64,000 bases of DNA from an uncultured Mycoplasma sp. (GTDB taxonomy: Bacteria; Bacillota_I; Bacilli_A; RF39; UBA660), in NCBI GenBank assembly GCA_946554525.1, contig CAMNSE010000001.1, positions 21,942-85,941 on the forward strand, read 5' to 3'. Shown here piece after piece: positions 56,670-64,000 of the stretch; within the stretch, counting starts at the first letter, position 1; the number at the start of each line of letters is the position of its first letter. The notes beneath the pieces were generated by a model. It was not told where the DNA came from. It was given only the letters and a program-made list of their open reading frames with translations, and did no database searches. A program made the position numbers and the translations under genes.

Positions 56670-57584
56670 ATGTTTACAAATACACTCGATAACAAACGAT
56701 ATCATACTCTTAATTATTTTTATCGCAAAAAATTTTCTAGCAAAGTATTTAAAGTTAGTTTAAATGCTAATTTTTCATGTCCTAATTTTAAAAATGGATC
56801 AGGGTGTATATATTGTAAGCATGGAAGTGGCAACTACTTTGAAACGCTAGATTTAAAAAGTCAATTTGATGTAGTTAAAATCCCACTTGAGAAGAAATGG
56901 CCTAATTCAAAATATATTGCTTATTTTCAAGCAAATACTAATACATATGCTCCTATAAATGAATTAAAAGAAAAATATGAAAGCGTTTTATCTATTCCAG
57001 GAGTAATTGGTTTGTCTATTGCAACCAGAAGTGATGCGTTAAATACGGAAATATATGATTATTTAAGCGATTTAAATGAAAGAACTTTCTTAACAGTTGA
57101 GATTGGTTTACAATCCATGCATGAAGAAACTTTAAAATTAATTAATCGAGGTCATGATTTAAATAATTTTGAGATTGCTATAAAAGAACTTAAAAAAAGA
57201 AATATATTTACGGTTGTTCATATCATTAATGGGCTTCCAGGTGAAACTAAAGAAATGATGATTGATACTGTAAAATACTTAAATAAACGGGGAATTGATG
57301 GTATTAAAATACATATGTTATATATTGAAACTGATACTCCTATTGCTACTATGTATCAAAAAGAAGCATTTCATATTTTAGATAAGAATGAATATATAGA
57401 TATTGTTTGCGAGCAGTTAGAATATTTAAGTGAAAATATTGTAGTAGAAAGAATTACTGGCGACCCCTTACGTGAAGATCTAATAGCGCCTTTTTGGCTT
57501 TTAAAAAAGTTTTGTGTATTAAATGATATTGATAAAGAAATGAAAAAAAGAGATATTTATCAAGGAGATAAAGTTACTCCTTAA
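56670..57584 (+). CDS. TIGR01212-family radical SAM protein (YtqA-like)
   Basis: KRYHTLNYFYRKKFSSKVFKVSLNANFSCPNFKNGSGCIYC matches the family opening and the CxxxxxxxCxxC-type cluster. I assume the ATG at 56670; a GTG at 56661 is also possible. Confidence 0.8.
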   Translation: MFTNTLDNKRYHTLNYFYRKKFSSKVFKVSLNANFSCPNFKNGSGCIYCKHGSGNYFETLDLKSQFDVVKIPLEKKWPNSKYIAYFQANTNTYAPINELKEKYESVLSIPGVIGLSIATRSDALNTEIYDYLSDLNERTFLTVEIGLQSMHEETLKLINRGHDLNNFEIAIKELKKRNIFTVVHIINGLPGETKEMMIDTVKYLNKRGIDGIKIHMLYIETDTPIATMYQKEAFHILDKNEYIDIVCEQLEYLSENIVVERITGDPLREDLIAPFWLLKKFCVLNDIDKEMKKRDIYQGDKVTP

Positions 57585-58173
57585 TAATATCTCTTATTTT
57601 ATGTTTTATTCTTTGAATTGTATTATCTACTTGCTTAGAAGTTTTATTTGTTAAAATGGCAATAGTATTATAATCAAAACTATTCGTCATATATTCAAAT
57701 ATTTCATATTCGCTTTCACTTAACTTTTCTTTAATCTTTCTTAACAATTCTCTATATTCTTCTTCATTCGTTAAGTTATATAAAGGATCTTTATCGTTTT
57801 TATCACTTACAATATCTTGTAAACTTAATCCTTCTTCATAATCATAATCTAATGAATAAATATTGCCCAATACTTTTGCTTTTTCTCCACTCTGACTTTT
57901 AATTACTTTTCTAATACGGCGATCTACACATAAAGAAATAAATGTCCCAATACTAGCATTTTTATCATCTCTATATGAATTTAGAGCATCACTAAAGGCA
58001 AAAAAGGCTTCTTGTTCAACTTCCTTTGTATCTATGCCAGAATTAATAATTACTTTTAAATACTTTTTAATTAATACATCTACTATATGCTTATATTTAT
58101 CATAAAGCATATTCTTGGCTTCTTCATTACCTTCTAATGATAACGAATAAAGCTCTTCATCACTATAATCCAT
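57574..58173 (-). CDS. sigH: Sigma-70 family sigma factor, SigH-like by synteny
   Basis: Region 2 EQEAFFAFSDALNSYRDDKNASIGTFISLCVDRRIRK and a region 4 HTH at the C-terminus. It lies directly after rlmB, as sigH does in Bacillus. Confidence 0.7.
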   Translation of the reverse strand: MDYSDEELYSLSLEGNEEAKNMLYDKYKHIVDVLIKKYLKVIINSGIDTKEVEQEAFFAFSDALNSYRDDKNASIGTFISLCVDRRIRKVIKSQSGEKAKVLGNIYSLDYDYEEGLSLQDIVSDKNDKDPLYNLTNEEEYRELLRKIKEKLSESEYEIFEYMTNSFDYNTIAILTNKTSKQVDNTIQRIKHKIRDIIKE

Positions 58174-58176
58174 AAA

Positions 58177-58854
58177 CTACCTCTTTAGCATTCCATAAAT
58201 TAATATTCCCGCAGATACACTAGCATTTAGAGAATTAATTTCACCATACATTGGAATACTTATTATCATATCGCTTTTATCACGTATTATTTTACTTACT
58301 CCAAACCCTTCTGAACCTATTACTAAGACTCTCTTTTTGGCAAAATCTACTGTTCTATAATCTGTCCCATCCATATCAGCAGTGTATACAAAAAATAAAT
58401 TCTTTTGAAGCTTATCTAAAGCATCTCTTAAATTGCTTACTAAAACTATTTTAACATTATTTATTGCTCCAACGCTGATTTTCATTACAGTTTCATTTAC
58501 TCTAACACTACGTTCTTTAGGAATAATAATAGTTTTTACTCCAGCACATTCACAAGTACGAATAATTGCTCCTAAATTGTGAGGATCTTCTAAATGATCA
58601 AGGCATACAATAAAATCTTCATCCATAGCTTCTTCAAGAGTATGATATACATAATCATCAATGTCAAGTACTACTCCTTGATGGTTAATATTAACCATTT
58701 TATTCAAGCGAAACTCTGGAACAAATTCAAAACGAATTTTATTATTTTTTAAGTATGTTAAAATCTCATTATCTTTAAAATTCTCTTTTAAGTATACTTT
58801 ATGTATTTTCTTTATTTCTGTTTCTTTTAAGACGTTTCTTCCACCAACTAACAT
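58177..58854 (-). CDS. rlmB: TrmH-family 23S rRNA 2'-O-methyltransferase
   Basis: DPHNLGAIIRTCECAGV, VIGSEGFGVS and SLNASVSAGILIY SpoU motifs. ATG at 58854 after AGGTGA. Confidence 0.85.
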   Translation of the reverse strand: MLVGGRNVLKETEIKKIHKVYLKENFKDNEILTYLKNNKIRFEFVPEFRLNKMVNINHQGVVLDIDDYVYHTLEEAMDEDFIVCLDHLEDPHNLGAIIRTCECAGVKTIIIPKERSVRVNETVMKISVGAINNVKIVLVSNLRDALDKLQKNLFFVYTADMDGTDYRTVDFAKKRVLVIGSEGFGVSKIIRDKSDMIISIPMYGEINSLNASVSAGILIYGMLKR

Positions 58855-58914
58855 GTGCTTCACCTGATACATAGTATATCAAATTATTAATTTATTGTAA
58901 AGAAATAGTACTTA

Positions 58915-60990
58915 TTATCTAGTTATATTATGATTCCTGTCCTCCACATATTTAATGGCTATTTCTTCTAATTTTTCTTTAGTAAATTCATAAACTTCTT
59001 TACTTCCATCTAAAATGTTAAAATAGTTAAATACTTCTCGATAAGTAATATCGAAATTATCATAAAATAATACTGGTGAATCATAAAAAAACCTACTATT
59101 TATATAGTAAAACAGGTCATCAACGGAAAAGTCATAAACTTCATCACCATCTTTTATCCTAATTTGATATTTAGGATAAACTTTAATTTCTCCATTAATA
59201 ATATAAATATTCTCAAAATTATATCCTGAATAATTTTCTATTATCCAGTTTTTTAAGTAAGCACTATTTAAATAGTCAGTTAATTCTAATGAATCACCTG
59301 TAAAATCACCTATATACACTCTAAAATCATGCTCATTAGAGCAATCTGTTATATTAGGGGCAGATTCATAAATAATATTTTCATCTTCCGTTAGCCTAAA
59401 AGCAACATTCCCATTTTTATCTCTGCCAACGCTTATTAGCATATTTGGAATATATGCTTTTTTATATTCTTGATGATTTAGAGTAATATTTGTTGATTCT
59501 ATCATATATGGTAAAATAACTTTATTTTCTAAGCCTATCTTTTTCCAATACTCGGAAGTTCCAAAGGTATCTTTATTCTCAATATAACTTTCTATTAAAT
59601 GTAGGTTATCAAACATAAAATACCCGCTTATCTCTCCTGAAAAAGTTAACCCTATTTCTTCTGTTCCATCTTCAGTAATTATATAATAGCTTTTTATAAA
59701 ACCATTATCATCTATTTTTTTTAACAATGGATAGACTCTTCTATTATCATCAATATAAAAACGTGATGCATCTTTATATACAGAAAGTTTTGGTTCTATA
59801 TCCTCTTTGGTAATAATTTTAGCATACCCTAGTTTTTTCAAATGCTCATTATATTTATCTAAATAAGTAAAATAAATATTTTCGGTTTCAGTATATTTAA
59901 ACATTTTTGAAAAAGCAATAAATGGTTCGTATATATTATCGGGATTTTTGCTGACATTTTCTTTACACATATCAAATAATTCATCTAAAAAGCTAATATT
60001 TGCATCAAGTGGTATATAAACTCCAAAATTAACTAATGTATCTTTCATGGAGTCTAATGAATTTACAATAAAATCAATATCCTGATTAGGATAATTGCTT
60101 TTTAATTCTTCTATTAAATACCATATTCCTTTATTCAAATGTGTGTCAATTTCATATGGTATACAAGATTGTAAAAAATGAAGAACGCTTCTTTCTTTTA
60201 AATAACTAACATCATCTTCTATTAAAGATGCTATATCACTATTCATTGCTTCAGCTAATGAATTTCCACATGAAGTATATCTTGTTATGCGAATTCCATT
60301 TATAGTACTATCAAAATTATTCAAGCAGTGCGCTATTTCATGAGCAACGGTAGCATTAGAAGCATCAATTGGAATATTCATTTGATTATTTGTTGCAGAA
60401 TTATTTCCACCAATTCCTGGCATATTATACTCTTTTTGAAGTTCTTCAAGATCCATTTTATTTACTTTAAAATTTTTAATTCTTTCATAAAAGACTCTTA
60501 AATCTGTATCTGGGTACTTTTTTATAAGTTCTTCAATCAAGTTATTAGCAATTTCTTTATATTCTTCATCTAAAGATTCATTACTATTAATAGCAGCATG
60601 CACTGCTTGAATACTTACATTTTCATATCCAAAAATCTTGTCTAACTCTTTTACATCTTCAATATAAACTTCTTCAGGCCCACTTTGGGCACCATTTAAA
60701 GTGTTTTTTTGGCCAAGTAATGCTCCAACTAAAAACAAATCTAGCGCTACTAATCCTCCTGATATTGTAGCTAATACTTTTTCTTTAAAGGTAAATTTAT
60801 GAATTACATTTTGTATAAAGGGATTTCGGTTATTATATATTTCATTTAGAACTATAAAATCTTCTAATTTGGGATAAAAATACTCTCCTTTATCATTTAT
60901 TTCTAAAAATGTTCTTCTATTATTTTCATCTATAAAAATAGTAAATTTTTTGTTTTTGTAAGGAATATTAAAAAGTTTTTTATATATCAT
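58915..60990 (-). CDS. Large hypothetical membrane-anchored protein with HExxH motif
   Basis: 691 aa. TM GGLVALDLFLVGALLG near residue 75. Motif NATVAHEIAHCLNNF. Confidence 0.55.
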   Translation of the reverse strand: MIYKKLFNIPYKNKKFTIFIDENNRRTFLEINDKGEYFYPKLEDFIVLNEIYNNRNPFIQNVIHKFTFKEKVLATISGGLVALDLFLVGALLGQKNTLNGAQSGPEEVYIEDVKELDKIFGYENVSIQAVHAAINSNESLDEEYKEIANNLIEELIKKYPDTDLRVFYERIKNFKVNKMDLEELQKEYNMPGIGGNNSATNNQMNIPIDASNATVAHEIAHCLNNFDSTINGIRITRYTSCGNSLAEAMNSDIASLIEDDVSYLKERSVLHFLQSCIPYEIDTHLNKGIWYLIEELKSNYPNQDIDFIVNSLDSMKDTLVNFGVYIPLDANISFLDELFDMCKENVSKNPDNIYEPFIAFSKMFKYTETENIYFTYLDKYNEHLKKLGYAKIITKEDIEPKLSVYKDASRFYIDDNRRVYPLLKKIDDNGFIKSYYIITEDGTEEIGLTFSGEISGYFMFDNLHLIESYIENKDTFGTSEYWKKIGLENKVILPYMIESTNITLNHQEYKKAYIPNMLISVGRDKNGNVAFRLTEDENIIYESAPNITDCSNEHDFRVYIGDFTGDSLELTDYLNSAYLKNWIIENYSGYNFENIYIINGEIKVYPKYQIRIKDGDEVYDFSVDDLFYYINSRFFYDSPVLFYDNFDITYREVFNYFNILDGSKEVYEFTKEKLEEIAIKYVEDRNHNITR

Positions 60991-61042
60991 AAATTCACCA
61001 CAATTCTGTTAAAAGAATACCATAAAGACGAAAAAAAAGCAA

Positions 61043-61600
61043 TTAACTTGCTTTAATTAATCTTGCATAGTTATTTACTTTCGTAGCCCATGTATTACTT
61101 GTTGCATATTTTGTATTCATAAGTTCTGGCGTCGTAAGCCCTTTCGCGTAATAATTAACTGCTAAATTTCCTACAAAAGCATTAATTCCCTCTTCAAGAC
61201 TTGCAAACTTCATCCATCCCCTTGCACCTCGCATTCCACCAACATTATTGTTAGTTTTTACAAGTGAACTACAACTCCATTTGCATCCCGTTTCTAAAAG
61301 AATAATAGATGCTGCAACAATTGGGTCAACACCTTTATCTAAGGCGGTTAGTGCAATTGTCTTTCCATATCCATCTAATGTAGAATTTAAGTGTTTATCA
61401 ATTTTTATAGCTAATTCTTCTAATGTAAGACCATCATAAACTATTTCTGGCTCATAATTACTTACTAAAGCTTCGCTTTCATAAGTAATATCATTTTTAA
61501 CTTGCTTTTCTATTAAATTAGAATTTTTTGTATTATATGTATTTATTAAACCGCTAATCATTAAAACAACTAAAGCCATTTTAATAACAGTATTTTTCAT
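61043..61600 (-). CDS. Secreted glucosaminidase-domain (LytD/FlgJ-type) peptidoglycan hydrolase
   Basis: Signal/TM MALVVLMISGLINT. AASIILLETGCKWSCSSLVKTNNNVGGM...FASLEEGINAFVGNL...KYATSNTWATKVNNY fits the mannosyl-glycoprotein endo-beta-N-acetylglucosaminidase domain pattern. Confidence 0.65.
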   Translation of the reverse strand: MKNTVIKMALVVLMISGLINTYNTKNSNLIEKQVKNDITYESEALVSNYEPEIVYDGLTLEELAIKIDKHLNSTLDGYGKTIALTALDKGVDPIVAASIILLETGCKWSCSSLVKTNNNVGGMRGARGWMKFASLEEGINAFVGNLAVNYYAKGLTTPELMNTKYATSNTWATKVNNYARLIKAS

Positions 61601-61682
61601 TTTTTAACAACTCCTATTTTTTGCGAAGTGCTTTTGATTCTATCACAAAAAAACGAGTTTGTCAAATCACAAGTAAATTGTA

Positions 61683-61979
61683 TTACATCTTATCAATATT
61701 AATAATTTCATTAATATTTATTTTTCTTCCATCTAATGTAAGTAAACTATTTCCTGATTTCCCTACAATTACTGTATCAAATGAATCATTTAAAGTGTTT
61801 ATTTTAACTCTACTTTTGTATACATGACTCTTAGATGCAAAAATTTCATTAATCTTTCTAATTACATCTTCTTTATCAAAACTTCTATTTTGATATCCTC
61901 CACTATAAAATAAATCTTTATTATTATTAAGTGGTTTATCAATTGGATTAGCATAAACTCTTGGTAATTCTTTTTCCAT
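61683..61979 (-). CDS. Hypothetical small protein
   Basis: 98 aa counted from the ATG at 61979 after AGAGGTG. No motif recognised. Confidence 0.45.
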   Translation of the reverse strand: MEKELPRVYANPIDKPLNNNKDLFYSGGYQNRSFDKEDVIRKINEIFASKSHVYKSRVKINTLNDSFDTVIVGKSGNSLLTLDGRKININEIINIDKM

Positions 61980-62019
61980 TTTAGACACCTCTAATATATT
62001 TTATGATAAATAACTAATT

Positions 62020-63117
62020 TTGAAACATAATAAAAGTATGAAAAAGAAAAAAATTATGAATTATCTATTATTATTCATGCCTCTAGTTTTATTAATGATT
62101 ATTTCACTTCTCAATATGTATAAAGCTAGTATAAGTATGAATACCTATAAAAATTATATGTTTAAACAAGCGCTATGGTTTGCTCTTGGTTTTTTAATCA
62201 TTTTTATAATTACTAAAGTAAAGCCTAAAGTTTTATTTAAATATAGTAAATACTTGTATATAGTTAATATTATTCTTTTAATACTGGTATTATTTTTTGG
62301 AAAGTCTGTTAATGGTTCTAAAGCTTGGTTTAATTTAAAATTTTTCTCGTTTCAGCCTAGTGAGCTAATGAAACTATCTTTAACACTCTATTTATCCGAA
62401 GCTATATCGAAATTACCAAAAGAAAATTTTAAAAATGAATTTATAGTTATTTTGAAGGCTTTATTTTTAACGTTAATTCCAGCTCTACTTGTATTCTTAG
62501 AACCAGATACTGGCGCAATTATTATTTACCTGCTTATTATGTTAGGAGTAATTATTGCTTATAAAATTAATTACAAATGGTTTTTATTTTTAGGGTTATT
62601 TTTAGGTATCATCTTAGGTAGCTTTTTCATTCTATATAGTTTTAATAAAGATTTATTAATAAAAATTATAGGAACTAGTTTCTTTTATAGAGTTGATAGA
62701 CTATTAACGTTTATAAATAACGATTCTTTTCAATTAAATAGAGCTTTAATTACTATTGGAAACGCTAAATTATTTAAAGCAGGAGCAAGTGTATACATTC
62801 CAGAAGCTCCTACTGATTTTATTATAGCATACACTATTGGTAACTTTGGCATTATCTCATTTATATTAGTTATTATATCTTTCTTTTTTATAAATTTTTA
62901 TTTCTTGCAACAGTTTTTTCTAATGAAACATGTGAAAAATAAATTATTTATTTCCGGATTTCTTTTTATGTTCTTATTTGCGCAAATTCAAAATATTGGA
63001 ATGAATTTAGGTCTTTTCCCTATTATTGGTCTTCCCTTACCATTCTTATCTTATGGCGGAACAAATATTATGGTTTATTTCATGTTTTTAGGAATTTTAA
63101 TAAATTTAAAAAATTGA
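62020..63117 (+). CDS. FtsW/RodA/SpoVE-family SEDS peptidoglycan glycosyltransferase
   Basis: Multi-TM protein with NLKFFSFQPSELMKLSL, LEPDTGA and LPFLSYGGTN signatures. The start is uncertain: TTG 62020, ATG 62038 or ATG 62056. Confidence 0.88.
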   Translation: MKHNKSMKKKKIMNYLLLFMPLVLLMIISLLNMYKASISMNTYKNYMFKQALWFALGFLIIFIITKVKPKVLFKYSKYLYIVNIILLILVLFFGKSVNGSKAWFNLKFFSFQPSELMKLSLTLYLSEAISKLPKENFKNEFIVILKALFLTLIPALLVFLEPDTGAIIIYLLIMLGVIIAYKINYKWFLFLGLFLGIILGSFFILYSFNKDLLIKIIGTSFFYRVDRLLTFINNDSFQLNRALITIGNAKLFKAGASVYIPEAPTDFIIAYTIGNFGIISFILVIISFFFINFYFLQQFFLMKHVKNKLFISGFLFMFLFAQIQNIGMNLGLFPIIGLPLPFLSYGGTNIMVYFMFLGILINLKN

Positions 63118-63215
63118 TTATAAGAATCAACGTTTTTAGCTAAGTTCACTAAATGAATAAATACAAGTTATATTTTACTAATAAAGAGGTGCATTAGCTT
63201 TTGAAATCCCCTTTT

Positions 63216-63244
63216 TTGACAAATAAGCAAAAATATAGTATAAT
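63216..63244 (+). promoter_or_regulatory. Perfect consensus sigma-A promoter
   Basis: TTGACA, 17 nt (AATAAGCAAAAATATAG), TATAAT. It lies 27 nt upstream of the GTG at 63271. Confidence 0.7.
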
Positions 63245-63270
63245 ACCATTCCATTAAGGGGGAATAAATA

Positions 63271-64000
63271 GTGAATGATAAAGCTATTGAATACGAAGCA
63301 TTATTGCACCAAGCTAAGAAAATAATTAAAAATTTAAAATCCCTGAAAATAGAGGTTACTACTTATAAAAAGAGGTTAGATAAAATAGAAAATGAATGTA
63401 AAAAAGATGTAGAAAGTAGTATCAATAATGAAGCTTTAAAAGAAGCTAGCTATGGTGCAGAAGCTTTTTTAATAATGGATTATACTAATGCTATATCAGA
63501 TTTAAAAGATTTAATAGCAGATTTAAGTAAATATGAAATATATCTTAGAATAGCATCATTCGCTGGAGTTTTACGTGACTTTATTAATAGTAATAAAAAA
63601 GATCCTATAAAATTAAGCGAGATGCGAGAATCATTAATAAATCACTTAAACGCTTTAAAATTATCTAGTACAAGGCCATATGATAATGAAGAGCAATTAG
63701 TAAAAGACTTATACAAATTAACATTTGAATTTATTAAAGAAGAAATAATAGTAAATGGAGCTAGCGAAACTCTTAATTTATTAAAAGATGATATGACTCA
63801 TAGTTGGCATTTAGATAAGTATATCTCAAGAAGATTAGACGAATTAAATTTGAAAGATAAAAAGTATGAAAAAGTAGCTTCCATTAAAAGAGAAATAGAT
63901 TTAGATGGAGTAACTGCAACTTATTTAAATGAAAAATTAATAAAAGCTTTAATTGAAGTTGATAATAAAACTATAGCATGCGATGAAGTAGTGTCATTCA
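63271..64000 (+). CDS. Hypothetical helical protein, 5' part (open to the right edge)
   Basis: GTG after AAGGGGGAA. I translated 243 codons without a stop (VNDKAIEYEALLHQAKKIIKNLKSL...ACDEVVSF). It is absent from the ORF track because no stop lies in the window. Confidence 0.55.
   Translation, partial: MNDKAIEYEALLHQAKKIIKNLKSLKIEVTTYKKRLDKIENECKKDVESSINNEALKEASYGAEAFLIMDYTNAISDLKDLIADLSKYEIYLRIASFAGVLRDFINSNKKDPIKLSEMRESLINHLNALKLSSTRPYDNEEQLVKDLYKLTFEFIKEEIIVNGASETLNLLKDDMTHSWHLDKYISRRLDELNLKDKKYEKVASIKREIDLDGVTATYLNEKLIKALIEVDNKTIACDEVVSF

Noticed and set aside
61621-61827. 68-aa plus-strand ORF overlapping the 98-aa gene
   Set aside because: It is antisense to an ORF that has a good SD. 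Its start lies in the promoter region of the glucosaminidase gene.
1-64000. CRISPR arrays, IS elements, integrases, prophage or rRNA genes
   Set aside because: Reading both strands, I saw no regularly spaced direct repeats, no transposase or recombinase motifs, no terminal inverted repeats and no rRNA-like GC-rich structured regions.

Overview
This is a visibly AT-rich, gene-dense chromosomal segment of a low-GC Gram-positive bacterium (Bacillota). The spoVS, sigH, dnaD, yneF and ylxM content fits that placement. A CIRCE-controlled ClpB without an N-domain hints at the Erysipelotrichia/Mollicutes-related branch, but that is inference only. I call about 72 protein genes, almost all on the minus strand, so this is probably one replichore. 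There is also one five-tRNA operon, transcribed Val-Thr-Tyr-Gln-Lys.

Most of the content is housekeeping:
- Cell wall: murE, dapF, uppP, an FtsW/RodA-family protein and a glucosaminidase.
- dTMP synthesis: thyA, folA, tmk.
- tRNA maturation: miaA, miaB, cca.
- Proteostasis: a ClpC-like ATPase and clpB.
- Other core genes: ftsY-ylxM, ftsK, nth-dnaD, mscL, eno, deoD, hup, rlmB-sigH and a P-type Ca-ATPase.

I saw no rRNA, CRISPR array, transposase, integrase or prophage genes.

Non-routine items:
1. A self-contained, strongly reduced type VIIb-secretion-like operon (zinc-ribbon membrane protein, YukD, EssC and two small helical proteins). No EssA, EssB or EsaA is present in the window.
2. An orphan HerA/FtsK-superfamily ATPase directly after that operon, with its own promoter and terminator.
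3. A C8/G8 homopolymer inside the -35/-10 spacer of a GNAT-unknown-MFS operon, a candidate phase-variable promoter.
4. A near-perfect CIRCE operator overlapping a consensus promoter of a clpB that lacks the N-domain.
5. An alanine-racemase-fold protein in which both catalytic residues are replaced.
6. A divergent pair of unrecognisable genes next to the tRNA cluster, separated by 480 bp of non-coding DNA that carries an 18-bp perfect palindrome.

I cannot show that any of these is a complete new system; they are hypotheses with stated tests. Where an SD/ATG context argued against the longest ORF in the track, I refined the start coordinate.
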